The notes: generated from the letters alone by a model not told the origin. Shown: positions 29,044-38,812, counted from the first letter of the stretch. The stretch: 64,000 bases of DNA from an uncultured Polynucleobacter sp. (GCA_964402975.1 CAYOEM010000005.1:39730-103729); one strand, 5' to 3'. Translations and numbers: made by a program.

Positions 29044-31214
29044 TGATGCGAGATATTCGTAAAAAGGTTGAAACTAACACCCGACTAAATGAGGCGGATG
29101 CTCTTTGGCTGTTCGAGAATGCAGATCTTGTTGAATTGGGCTACCTCGCAAACAGTGTGAATCTTCAAAAAAATGGCAAAGCGGTTTTTTACAATATTAA
29201 CCGCCACATCAACCCAACGAACATCTGTGCGCTTTCATGTAAATTCTGTGCCTACAGCAAAAAGATAGGTGATGAAGGCGCCTACGCGTATGACATCGAC
29301 GATATGATAAAAAAGGGGGCTGAGGCTGTCTCCCAGGGCGCAACGGAGTTACACATGGTGGGGGGACTCCACCCTCGCTGGAACTTCCAGCGATATGTCG
29401 ACATGATCGCTGCCATGCATCGCGCTTTCCCTGATGTCCACTTAAAGGCATTCACTGCAGTCGAACTTGACTGGATGGCGCGCAAGGCCCGCAAAACCAT
29501 TGCTGAAGTCATGCTGGAACTTAAAGCTGCAGGCTTGGGATCTTTCCCAGGCGGGGGAGCGGAGATATTTCACCCAGAGATTCGTGACAAAATTTGTGAC
29601 ACCAAGGTCTCCGGAGACCAATGGATTGAAACCCACCGAACGGCGCACAAGCTTGGTTTGCGCAGCAATTGCACCATGCTTTATGGACACATCGAGAACT
29701 ACGCCCATCGCGTTGACCACATGCGACGTCTTCGCGACCTACAAGATGAAACTGCTGGATTCAATGTTTTCATACCACTTGCGTTTCAGCCGTTTCAGAA
29801 TGAAATGGGCGTAAATCGGTACACATTCGGCGCCGACGACCTGCGTACAATTGCCGTTGCCAGACTATACTTGGATAACTTCAAGAATATAAAAAGCTAT
29901 TGGGTTATGCTCGGACAGGACGTTGCGCAACTGGCTCTGCAATTTGGCGCCAACGATCTCGACGGCACGGTTCTCGAAGAGAAAATATCCCGTGCTGCTG
30001 GCGGCCGCGCCGGAATGATCATGACGAGGCGAAACCTTGAACAACTGATCAAGCGAAGTGACAGGACACCAGTTGAACGCACAACTCTGTACGAGCCTGT
30101 TAACCAAGCCGACCAAGTTCACCTCTCACCAATGTCGGTAACATCGCTGGATCCAAGACATTCGAGCATTCTTAATGCGCTCCGAGAGGGTCAAACCATG
30201 ACGCCATCACATCTTTGGAGCTTAGCTCAGGACGCTTCGTTTCAAGACGTCGTGGCTTCACTTAAACAAACAGGGCGTTCACGCTCAAGCTGGTGCTCAA
30301 CACCCAACACAGTGCTCGTCAGGCTTTCGGAACACCGGACCTTAGAGTCATTTGTAACCAGGGCTCGTGATCTTATTTCCAAGCACCAGATGTCGTCTCA
30401 TGAAGGACATGACTTACCCATGACGTTGACTCTCGACGTCGACACAAATATTTCGATGGCACATCTTGAAAACCATATTCGCGCACTGAGAAACACGGCG
30501 TTTGACACTAGAACTATTGTACGAGGTCTGGCTTGGGCTGATAATTCTGATGGCTCTAACGATACGTCGATGGTTGAAGCCTTCGCGTCCTTGCGTCATT
30601 TGGGGGTTGTGGAGCTTGAAGAAAACCCCGACTTCGACTGCCGACTGGATGATGATGTAAAGTGGCAAATTTTTGCATGGGCCTTAGCGGCTGATATAAC
30701 CGTGCGCCCAAGCATCACACTCAGGTCACAAGCCGATCAGGTCGACTGGTCCGATTGGGCTGATTGCGTCACAAAAATGCGGGGACGGCTTGCCTCTTAT
30801 CCAATCATTCAGACGATCAATTTTAATGCCGCCAGAGATAACCACATTATGCCCAGTGAATACCTTAAAGCACTAGCTCTGACTAGATTGGCCCTGCCGT
30901 CGCTGCGCGATATATGGACTCCACTGCTTGGTTTCTCAGCACTTTCGCCTCAGAGGGGTCTTGGGGCTAGCGATGACCAGGATCCCGTGATGAAGCTTAT
31001 ATCCGTCTTGGGGGACTTCGGTAGCTCAGGACTTGGCGCTCTGCCAGTGAACATTTACTCTGCCGCCCGTGTGGCAGAAGACGTCTATGCCTCGGGCCGA
31101 CATTTTTTGCCAGGCTCAAGCATCGTTTCGACCCTGTCAAATGCCGGTGATTTAATGGCTAGTTTAAGTGAGCTACGCCATGTCCCTAGGATTCATCAAG
31201 GAGGTTTGCGTTAA
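29043..31214 (+). CDS. mqnE: Aminofutalosine synthase MqnE (radical SAM) fused to a degenerate second MqnC/E-like domain
   Basis: NRHINPTNICALSCKFC, HMVGGLHP, KAFTAVE, PGGGAEIF, TMLYGHIE, FIPLAF, YWVMLG, FGANDLDGT; about 360-aa C-terminal extension. Confidence 0.9.
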   Translation: MMRDIRKKVETNTRLNEADALWLFENADLVELGYLANSVNLQKNGKAVFYNINRHINPTNICALSCKFCAYSKKIGDEGAYAYDIDDMIKKGAEAVSQGATELHMVGGLHPRWNFQRYVDMIAAMHRAFPDVHLKAFTAVELDWMARKARKTIAEVMLELKAAGLGSFPGGGAEIFHPEIRDKICDTKVSGDQWIETHRTAHKLGLRSNCTMLYGHIENYAHRVDHMRRLRDLQDETAGFNVFIPLAFQPFQNEMGVNRYTFGADDLRTIAVARLYLDNFKNIKSYWVMLGQDVAQLALQFGANDLDGTVLEEKISRAAGGRAGMIMTRRNLEQLIKRSDRTPVERTTLYEPVNQADQVHLSPMSVTSLDPRHSSILNALREGQTMTPSHLWSLAQDASFQDVVASLKQTGRSRSSWCSTPNTVLVRLSEHRTLESFVTRARDLISKHQMSSHEGHDLPMTLTLDVDTNISMAHLENHIRALRNTAFDTRTIVRGLAWADNSDGSNDTSMVEAFASLRHLGVVELEENPDFDCRLDDDVKWQIFAWALAADITVRPSITLRSQADQVDWSDWADCVTKMRGRLASYPIIQTINFNAARDNHIMPSEYLKALALTRLALPSLRDIWTPLLGFSALSPQRGLGASDDQDPVMKLISVLGDFGSSGLGALPVNIYSAARVAEDVYASGRHFLPGSSIVSTLSNAGDLMASLSELRHVPRIHQGGLR

Positions 31215-31289
31215 GCCTGCTCCATAGTAGACTTAAGGGGCTATAAATCGTTAGCCCTAACCTTCCATATGATGGAATAGATACGCACT

Positions 31290-31637
31290 ATGAGCCAGGA
31301 CGATAGCTTACCACCGCACCCCACTCAGATTAGGCCGAAGGATCAGGATCGGGATACTAGCTCACTTCCGCCGATAAGTTTGGCACCAGAATCCGAGAAT
31401 TCAACATCGGAGATCAGCAGCTTACAGAGCGACCCGATGGACAGGGTCTCCCTTTCCAAGTTTTTTGATCATCTAAGGCCGTCGTCTAGTTGGTCCACCG
31501 GTAGGGCCTTACTGGTAATTTTTATTGGCTCCTTTTTATTTAGCGTTCTGTTTACCTCAGCCATTTTGGCTGGCATCATAGAAGTTCATCCAGCCGCCAT
31601 AAAAAGCTTTTTCAAATCCATGTTTGGCAATGGATAA
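31290..31637 (+). CDS. Small membrane protein
   Basis: Disordered N-terminus and a C-terminal TM helix; fills the intergenic space. Confidence 0.55.
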   Translation: MSQDDSLPPHPTQIRPKDQDRDTSSLPPISLAPESENSTSEISSLQSDPMDRVSLSKFFDHLRPSSSWSTGRALLVIFIGSFLFSVLFTSAILAGIIEVHPAAIKSFFKSMFGNG

Positions 31638-31651
31638 ACTGCAGGTCCCTT

Positions 31652-32272
31652 ATGAAGATTTTAATAGATCTGCTAAATTTCATTCAGCCATACGGCACGT
31701 ACAGTTATTTCGTCATACTGGCTGTTTTACTGGCGTGCGGTTTTGGACTTCCACTGCCTGAGGACATCACCCTTGTTGCTGCTGGCATTTTAGCCGCTCG
31801 CAATATCATCGACTTCAATAGTGCCGTCGCCCTATGTATGGTCGGAGTCTTAATGGGTGATGGAATCGTTTTCGGCCTGGGAAATCGTTACGGAACACGA
31901 CTTCGGAGTACAAAGTTCTTCAATATCATCATACCTGAGAGACATGACGCTGCCGTTAAGGCTGTGCTTCAGAAATACGGTGATAAAGTGATTTTTATGG
32001 CTCGGTTCATGCCAGGCCTGAGGACACCGATTTTTTTCGCCACAGGTTCTTATCATGTGAGTTTTTGGAAATTTTTGTTTCTAGATGGCTTTGCAGCGCT
32101 CATATCAGTGCCCCTGTGGGTTTACGTGGGCTTTCTTTTTGGGTCAAACCTCGAGGAGCTCGAGAAGGTTGTAAGAAAAGCACAGTTCGGCATTTACGCG
32201 GGTCTTGCTCTTCTGATCGTTCTGTTTATCAGCGCCTACTTCCTCAAGAAACGCTACTTCAGAGTCGAATAA
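31652..32272 (+). CDS. dedA: DedA family membrane protein
   Basis: GFGLPLPEDITL..AG, GD...F.LG, ARFMPGLR. Confidence 0.93.
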   Translation: MKILIDLLNFIQPYGTYSYFVILAVLLACGFGLPLPEDITLVAAGILAARNIIDFNSAVALCMVGVLMGDGIVFGLGNRYGTRLRSTKFFNIIIPERHDAAVKAVLQKYGDKVIFMARFMPGLRTPIFFATGSYHVSFWKFLFLDGFAALISVPLWVYVGFLFGSNLEELEKVVRKAQFGIYAGLALLIVLFISAYFLKKRYFRVE

Positions 32273-32306
32273 AAAGAGAGCAGATTGACTTGCAATCTGC
32301 TCCCTT
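32271..32306. terminator. Intrinsic terminator between convergent dedA and lipoprotein genes (U-tract on the minus strand)
   Basis: 10-bp perfect stem GAGCAGATTG (32278-87) / CAATCTGCTC (32293-302), preceded by AAAAA. Confidence 0.75.
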
Positions 32307-32431
32307 AAATTGGAGGCTATCTCATGAAGCAGCTTCTTATAATTTAAGTCGCAACTCCTGAAACGCTTTAAGAATTGGGTGGCACTTGCAAGCATAGCGG
32401 CGCAAGCGACGCTCCACCCGTTAGAAAACTC

Positions 32432-33103
32432 TTAGTTCGCCCAGCCGTAGCCGTTATAGCTTTGGTCAAAAGCGCGGTTGTAACGATAGTAGTTATAGTT
32501 ACCTTGATTATAGTTACCTTGATTTTTGAGGGTCTCAGCGTAGTTCCAGTTATAGTTGTAGCCACCGTAGTAATAGGTCGGTGAATACATATTCCAATTG
32601 TAGCCTGGGCCGTAACCTACGGATGAACCTGGGCCGTAACCTGAGGAGGAGTAAGACTCGGACTCGGAGTAGCTGTAGCTATAGCTATTATTAGGTGCAC
32701 ATGAAGGTTTAGGTGCGCATGCAGGCTTCGGCGCACATGCAGCTTGGCGGCATTGCTGGCGAGCAGCTTTGCGGCAGCATCGACGCCATCCGAAAGCTTC
32801 TGACGAGGACGTGCCATCAAGCTCGTCAACAGTCGCAACGGCTTGGTTGCTGGTCGCGAAAACCGCGTCAATATTTGCATTCGTCAAAGACGTCTGATTG
32901 GTTGTGCGCATCTCTGCTTGGTCATGCATTTCTTGACCATTAGCGTCGACAGGAACCCGGACGATCGCAACAGACGGAAGCTGACTGCTGAATGCCTTCG
33001 CCTCTTCAGCGGACACTGATTGTTTACCCGAATTACCTTCTTGATTCAAAGCGCCGCAGGCTGCGAGAGCCAACATTGACGCAAAAACTAACGAAAATCG
33101 CAT
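32432..33103 (-). CDS. Lipoprotein with Cys/Pro repeats and a Y/N/G/S-rich low-complexity tail
   Basis: AAGGAG RBS; lipobox LAAC; CAPKPA-like x3, GYGPG x2, NQGNY x2. Confidence 0.85.
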   Translation of the reverse strand: MRFSLVFASMLALAACGALNQEGNSGKQSVSAEEAKAFSSQLPSVAIVRVPVDANGQEMHDQAEMRTTNQTSLTNANIDAVFATSNQAVATVDELDGTSSSEAFGWRRCCRKAARQQCRQAACAPKPACAPKPSCAPNNSYSYSYSESESYSSSGYGPGSSVGYGPGYNWNMYSPTYYYGGYNYNWNYAETLKNQGNYNQGNYNYYRYNRAFDQSYNGYGWAN

Positions 33104-33160
33104 TCTAATCTCCTTAAAACATTTACAAAGAATTGATCAAAAAACGCCCAGTTGGGGCAC

Positions 33161-33189
33161 TCATTAGTAAATATTAATAAATGTGTCAA
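33161..33189 (-). promoter_or_regulatory. Putative sigma70 promoter in AT-rich DNA
   Basis: Minus strand TTGACA-N17-TAATGA; perfect -35, imperfect -10. Confidence 0.35.
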
Positions 33190-33240
33190 CAATGAATTTT
33201 ATAATAAACGACCTTAATTTTAACAATTCTGACGGTTCTA

Positions 33241-33858
33241 TTAGCCGATATTATAAAAATCCTCTGATGGCTTAAAGACCACCTGGGACCGCAAAGCATC
33301 TGTAAGTAGCCTAATATACTTGGATTTTTCGATGTTTATAGCGCCTAAGCTTCGCAGATGCGGTGTCATAAACTGCACCTCAAGTAGCGTCAGTCCACAC
33401 TCTTTCATTCGACCCGTTAGAGCCCACAGAGCGATTTTCGAGGCATCCTTGGCTCGGCTAAACATGCTCTCCGCATGAAACACCCCGCCTTGTGAAAGCC
33501 CGTATAACCCCCCTAAAAGAGTGCCATCCTCCCCCCAAACCTCAACGCTATGTCCAAAGCCCATCGCAAAAAGTCTCAGATAGGCTCGTTTAATATCGGC
33601 AGAGATCCAAGTGGCGGCCCGATCCGCACAACCATCGACGACATTCGCAAAATTTCGGTCAAAGGAAACTTTAAACAATCCTTTTTTTGCTGTTCGCCTT
33701 AGCGAGCGCGAGACGTGAAACTCATCCAAGGGAATAATCGCTCGAGGATCGGGATTAAACCAAAGAATTTCTTCTGTGTCAGGATCAGGCATAGGAAAAT
33801 AGCCGCCTCTATAGGCGGCTAACAACAACTCGGGACTTAGCGAGTCCGCAAATGGCAT
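33241..33858 (-). CDS. aat: Leucyl/phenylalanyl-tRNA--protein transferase
   Basis: LLAAYRGGYFPM, W.NPDPRAII, HVSRSL, GHSVEVW, ESMFS..DASKIAL, QFMTPHLRSLGA. Confidence 0.95.
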   Translation of the reverse strand: MPFADSLSPELLLAAYRGGYFPMPDPDTEEILWFNPDPRAIIPLDEFHVSRSLRRTAKKGLFKVSFDRNFANVVDGCADRAATWISADIKRAYLRLFAMGFGHSVEVWGEDGTLLGGLYGLSQGGVFHAESMFSRAKDASKIALWALTGRMKECGLTLLEVQFMTPHLRSLGAINIEKSKYIRLLTDALRSQVVFKPSEDFYNIG

Positions 33859-33865
33859 TTTGCTG

Positions 33866-34717
33866 TCACTCAGGGGTTCCTGCTCGCGCCATTTCTGCCA
33901 GCTCCGGAGCACTGCGTCGACCCGCGAGCACAGATATCATGTCAGGCGTTTGCTGCCATACGATCAGGTTTAATTTATCGCTTCCATAAACACGGTACTT
34001 GATACCCCTGTAATCGGCTTCCTCGCCCCGATACTTCATCGATGACATCACACCGCCAAACATGAAGTGGTGCAATTTTTCATTGGCCCGCTCGGGACTC
34101 GTATAGTTGACAGCAATGACCTTCATGAAGTCGTAATCAATGATCGATACGCCCTCGGGGTTCCAACCTTTAAGTGGCCTGAGCATTGCTGGACGAAACT
34201 CTAAACCGGGCACTGCTGTAACAAATTGCTTTATCTCGTCAGCATCAGCAGATGGCAAATTGGTGCGGCCTTCAGGGTCTTCCTCGATTGCAAGCGCCTC
34301 GTACCCAATATATTCAACGATATCGATTTGTCCCAGTCTCTGTGGCATAAAAAAGTAAACCAACACCCCGATGATCCCAAGAACGATCGCCACCAGTGTG
34401 GACCTGCGTAGAACATTACTCCACAACTCCGCCTTCTCAACCTCGGCAATTTCACTTGCTTCCATGGTTTCCCTGACTTGGTCGTCCTGAGCCAAATTTC
34501 GAAGTTTATGTTTTAGAGCCTCAGATCCGCCGATGTTGCCTAAGGCCGACTGCAGTTTACCGCGATTAGCTTGGAACGCTGCCATCTCCTTTTGTCTAGA
34601 TGACAACAGTGAATCAAATTGGCCCGCCAAACTGCTTGGGAGCTCACCGTCCAGATAATCGGCTATATAGCCATAAAAAAGATCGTCGCCTTGTAGTTCG
34701 GTTTTTGAGTTAGCCAC
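33866..34717 (-). CDS. Transmembrane anti-sigma-factor-like protein
   Basis: IADYLDGEL anti-sigma-domain motif without HxxxCxxC; single TM; periplasmic domain ending LIVWQ...VLAG. Confidence 0.7.
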   Translation of the reverse strand: MANSKTELQGDDLFYGYIADYLDGELPSSLAGQFDSLLSSRQKEMAAFQANRGKLQSALGNIGGSEALKHKLRNLAQDDQVRETMEASEIAEVEKAELWSNVLRRSTLVAIVLGIIGVLVYFFMPQRLGQIDIVEYIGYEALAIEEDPEGRTNLPSADADEIKQFVTAVPGLEFRPAMLRPLKGWNPEGVSIIDYDFMKVIAVNYTSPERANEKLHHFMFGGVMSSMKYRGEEADYRGIKYRVYGSDKLNLIVWQQTPDMISVLAGRRSAPELAEMARAGTPE

Positions 34718-34731
34718 TGTCGTCCCCTTCC

Positions 34732-35184
34732 TTACACGCTGATTGAAGCCGTGGCGAGATGCTTATGCCCAGTAGCTAGCATCTGGCGTATGACCGCGTC
34801 AGTTGTATTAAAAATCTTGGAGGAATCGCTAATCTCGAGTCCTGCAATATCAACGGCAAATAACGCTGCTCGCTGCTCAACTCCAAGCAACTTCATACTC
34901 TGTAGAATCGGTATACTCCACTCCCTGAACTTCTCGTTTTTAATTTTATTCCAGGCTTTCCAGGCTAACGCCATGAGAAGAACCTCGGGAGATGTATTCG
35001 ATTTGACTTGGGAAAAATCTTCGATCAACAGCCTGAAGGTCTGCTCAGTCAGATGCTCGGCCCCCTCCCGACTTAAACTTAATAGGGCACCAAAACGGAA
35101 CACCAAATCAGCTCGCTCGTAGTACTGGCTTATGTATATGGCCAGCTGTTTCTCGCTGAAACCGTTGGTGAGGCCTTTCGCCAT
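34732..35184 (-). CDS. Degenerate ECF sigma-factor-like protein
   Basis: Region-2-like LVFRFGALL....AEHLTEQTF; region-4-like L..EQRAALFAVDIAGL; AGGAG RBS; upstream of the anti-sigma. Confidence 0.7.
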   Translation of the reverse strand: MAKGLTNGFSEKQLAIYISQYYERADLVFRFGALLSLSREGAEHLTEQTFRLLIEDFSQVKSNTSPEVLLMALAWKAWNKIKNEKFREWSIPILQSMKLLGVEQRAALFAVDIAGLEISDSSKIFNTTDAVIRQMLATGHKHLATASISV

Positions 35185-35388
35185 ATTTTATTCTCCTAAC
35201 GTCACTTCCTGGATTTAACTAAAGGACTGAAAAATATTTATTTTCATCTATCATACCAATGATTTGGCAGTGAACTCAAGACATCGCCCCGGTTTCATTC
35301 CTCCGTAGACAAATGACGTTTTGCGTGCCACCCTTCAGCTTTGCGCACAAGGGTTGCGTATTAACCGGTTCCTTCGAGGTGGTAATTC

Positions 35389-36138
35389 GTGGATCTTAAT
35401 GACTGGCTCATCGTGATACCCGCGCGACTGGCATCCGCTCGATTGCATCAAAAACCTTTACAGGATCTGGGCGGCAAGCCTTTGATCGTTCGCGTCTACG
35501 AAAATATTCAAAGCCTGAAATCATTTGGCGCTGATATTGTCGTTGGTGCTGATCACGAACTAACTCAAAAAGTCTGCTTACAATACGGCGTCCCCTGTAT
35601 CATGACCAAATCAAGCCACCCGAGTGGTACGGACCGCTGTGCCGAAGTTGCGGCTAGTAGACCTGGCAAACGTTACGTTTTGAATGTTCAAGGTGATGAG
35701 CCGTTTGTCGAGGTCAATGATCTTCGCGATCTGATGGAACTCATGGTCAGCCGAAATCCAAAGATGGCGACCCTAGGGTTTACCTCATCAGATTGGGATG
35801 CTTACCACGATCCGAACGCTGTTAAAATTGCATTAGGTCAAGACAAACGTGCCATTTACTTCAGCAGAGCACCCATTCCATTTGATCGAGACGCACATCA
35901 AACCGGCCCCAGATCCACCACCTTCACCCAACACGTGGGAGTTTACGCCTTTTCAAAAGAGAGCCTAGTTGAGTTCTGCCGACTGGAACCCTCGAGTCTC
36001 GAAATAGTGGAGAAACTTGAACAGCTCCGCGCAATTTCAGCTGGTTGGAACATACTAGTCGCGAGTGCTCGATCAAAATCGCGAGGAATCGACACGCAAG
36101 AAGACTTGGACCATGCAAGAAAGGTTTTTCATGGCTAA
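35389..36138 (+). CDS. kdsB: 3-deoxy-manno-octulosonate cytidylyltransferase
   Basis: IPARLASARL..KPL, SGTDR, NVQGDEP, YFSRAPIP, EKLEQLRA. Confidence 0.96.
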   Translation: MDLNDWLIVIPARLASARLHQKPLQDLGGKPLIVRVYENIQSLKSFGADIVVGADHELTQKVCLQYGVPCIMTKSSHPSGTDRCAEVAASRPGKRYVLNVQGDEPFVEVNDLRDLMELMVSRNPKMATLGFTSSDWDAYHDPNAVKIALGQDKRAIYFSRAPIPFDRDAHQTGPRSTTFTQHVGVYAFSKESLVEFCRLEPSSLEIVEKLEQLRAISAGWNILVASARSKSRGIDTQEDLDHARKVFHG

Positions 36139-37246
36139 CGTCTTCGGGACCATACTAAAAATTATGACTTTTGGAGAAAGTCACGGCAAAGCTGTCGGTG
36201 TTGTGATCGAGGGTGTTCCGGGCAATATGCCACTGGATCTTGATCTCATACAAACTTGGCTTGACCGGAGGCGCCCAGGCCAATCGTCCATAACATCACC
36301 ACGAGATGAATCCGACAAAGTCGAATGTCTGAGCGGCGTTCAAGGTGGCCGGACCTTGGGAGGACCAGTCACGCTGCTGGTTCATAATAAGAATACAAAA
36401 CCCGAGGACTATGCCGACGTCAGCAGAGTATTCCGTCCAGGTCACGCCGACCACACGATGCACGTGAAATACGGAATAACTGCCGCGAGCGGAGGTGGTC
36501 GAGCTAGCGCGAGAGAAACGATTGGACGAGTCGCCGCGGGCGCCGTAGCTTGGCAGATTATTAAAAAAATTAATCCGAACTTCGAGGTTGTGGCCTGGGT
36601 TCAAGCGGTTCGCGACACGCAAATGGAGCAATCCCCTGAGAGACAAACGACCGACGAACTGATCACACATGACATGATCGAAGCTACATCTGTTCGTTGC
36701 CCGGACCCGCTAACTGCGTCCAAAATGGAGGACATCATCCGGGAGGCAAAAAGCAACGGAGACTCCGTCGGGGGAATCATCAGGTGCGTCATGCGCGGTG
36801 TTCCGGCTGGGCTGGGGGAACCAGTATTTGACAAACTTGAAGCCGATTTGGCCAAGGCCATAATGAGTTTACCCGCATGTAAAGGCTTTGAAATTGGCAG
36901 CGGTTTCGCCGGAAGCAGAATGCTGGGGAGCGCTCACAATGACCAACTGATTAAAAAAGGTTCAGAAATCCGAACCCTATCTAACTATAGTGGCGGGATT
37001 CAAGGCGGCATATCTAATGGGGAAATCATCTGTTTTAATGCTGCATTTAAACCGGTCTCAACAATTATGATTCCCCAAGAGACTGTTGACAGATCGGGAC
37101 GTGAAATTACATTCAAACCTGCTGGGGGTCGGCACGACCCGTGCGTTTTACCCAGGGCGGTGCCCATGGTTGAGGCGATGGCGACCTTGGTTATTGCGGA
37201 TCATGTTCTTCGCCAAAGAGCCTCGGCACACTTCATGGAATCCTAA
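36131..37246 (+). CDS. aroC: Chorismate synthase
   Basis: TFGESHG, RRRPGQS, RPGHAD, GGGRASARET, GGISNG, RHDPCV. Confidence 0.97.
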   Translation: MANVFGTILKIMTFGESHGKAVGVVIEGVPGNMPLDLDLIQTWLDRRRPGQSSITSPRDESDKVECLSGVQGGRTLGGPVTLLVHNKNTKPEDYADVSRVFRPGHADHTMHVKYGITAASGGGRASARETIGRVAAGAVAWQIIKKINPNFEVVAWVQAVRDTQMEQSPERQTTDELITHDMIEATSVRCPDPLTASKMEDIIREAKSNGDSVGGIIRCVMRGVPAGLGEPVFDKLEADLAKAIMSLPACKGFEIGSGFAGSRMLGSAHNDQLIKKGSEIRTLSNYSGGIQGGISNGEIICFNAAFKPVSTIMIPQETVDRSGREITFKPAGGRHDPCVLPRAVPMVEAMATLVIADHVLRQRASAHFMES

Positions 37247-37324
37247 TTTGAACCTCGTTAAACTTTTGAGATCGCTTTAAGAATACGCTTGCAACCTGGT
37301 CAGACCATCTTTGAGGAGACGAAC

Positions 37325-38812
37325 GTGAAACATTTATCGATTCATTGTTTTGGGCGTTATTTGCTGAGCTTGGCTTTTTGCCTGAACGCGGCCACGAGTC
37401 TTGCCGCTCCCTACACTCTACCCGGAAACGGTGAAAAACCGCTTAACGATGAGAACATTCAGCTATTACAAAAAATATCCAAGGGAGTGTCTACAGTAGC
37501 CAACCACGCCGAAAAAGCCGTCGTATTTGTCAGCGTTTACAAGACGGTGCGAGGTCTGCCTCCAGGGATGATCGATCCATTTGAATTCTTTTTTGGTAAC
37601 CCAAATGGAGGAATGCAACGTCGCGGTGAACCTCGTCAACAGCGGCGAGAAGAGGGTCTCGGATCCGGCTTCATTATTGATTTGAACCAAGGTTACATCA
37701 TGACCAATAACCACGTGGTCCAAGATGCCGACGAAATCCAATTGAAATTTCCAAATGGTGATACCCACGAAGCTAAAATAGTCGGTCGTGACCCCAACAC
37801 AGATATCGCGATCGTTCAGGTGAAAGAAAAGTCGTTCAACAAAAACGGACTCTCTCAACTGGTACTCGGGAATAGCGATACCGTCGACGTTGGTGACTTT
37901 GCGGTGGCAGTCGGCGCCCCCTACGGTCTCGAGGCCAGTGTAAGCTTTGGTATCATCTCAGCCATTGGGCGAGGTAGTCTTTCGATTACTCAGATGGGAA
38001 ACTTCATTCAAACTGATGCCGCAATCAATCCAGGTAACTCAGGTGGACCGCTCCTTAATGCCAGTGGGCAAGTCATCGGGATGAACACAGCCATCTATTC
38101 AAGAAGCGGTGGCTACAACGGTATCGGCTTCGCCGTACCCAGCAATCTTGCAAGACGTATTGCTGAGCAACTGATAGGCGGCGGCAAGGTAACGCGGGGT
38201 TATATTGGCGTGGGTCTCCAGCCGATTGATTCGGAGCTTCAAAAGAGTCTGAATTTGCCAAAAGATTCCAGCGGCACTCTTGTCGCAAGGGTCGTAGACG
38301 GTGGCCCAGCAGACAAAGCCGGTATCGAGCCAGGCGACGTGATTACGGCTGTGAACAAAAAAAGTGTAAAAAATGAGAGCGAAGCCATCAACGCCATAGG
38401 CCTGATGTCCCCCGGTAGCAGTGTTAATTTAACTATTGTACGAAACGGAAAGGCGAGAGACGTCGTTGCTAAAATTGGTGAATACCCCTCTGACGACGTT
38501 CAGATAGCAAAAACTAAAAGCGGAAATCGTGAGGACATCGCGTTTGGTCTTTCACTCCAAAAACTCACCCCTGAAAAACGCCAACAGTTTAACCTTGATG
38601 GCAAACAGGGTTTATTGGTCATCGCTGTTGAAGAAGGCAGCGAGGGCGAACGCGTCGGCCTTCAAGTTGGCGATCTGATCATGGCAGTAAATAACAAACC
38701 AGTTGCTGATACTCAGGGATTTAAAAACCTGATTAAACAGTCGGGTGCCAGAGTTCTTCTTAGAATCGAACGAGCAGGCCAGTATTTCTTTGTGCCGCTG
38801 CGTAACAAGTAA
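37325..38812 (+). CDS. degP: HtrA/DegP (Do) serine protease with 2 PDZ domains
   Basis: GSGFII, TNNHVV, DIA, QTDAAINPGNSGG; GAGGAG RBS before GTG. Confidence 0.93.
   Translation: MKHLSIHCFGRYLLSLAFCLNAATSLAAPYTLPGNGEKPLNDENIQLLQKISKGVSTVANHAEKAVVFVSVYKTVRGLPPGMIDPFEFFFGNPNGGMQRRGEPRQQRREEGLGSGFIIDLNQGYIMTNNHVVQDADEIQLKFPNGDTHEAKIVGRDPNTDIAIVQVKEKSFNKNGLSQLVLGNSDTVDVGDFAVAVGAPYGLEASVSFGIISAIGRGSLSITQMGNFIQTDAAINPGNSGGPLLNASGQVIGMNTAIYSRSGGYNGIGFAVPSNLARRIAEQLIGGGKVTRGYIGVGLQPIDSELQKSLNLPKDSSGTLVARVVDGGPADKAGIEPGDVITAVNKKSVKNESEAINAIGLMSPGSSVNLTIVRNGKARDVVAKIGEYPSDDVQIAKTKSGNREDIAFGLSLQKLTPEKRQQFNLDGKQGLLVIAVEEGSEGERVGLQVGDLIMAVNNKPVADTQGFKNLIKQSGARVLLRIERAGQYFFVPLRNK

Noticed and set aside
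35311-35330. Sigma54 promoter (TGGCACG...) upstream of the ECF-like gene
   Set aside because: Good -24 element but the -12 reads ACGT, not TTGC
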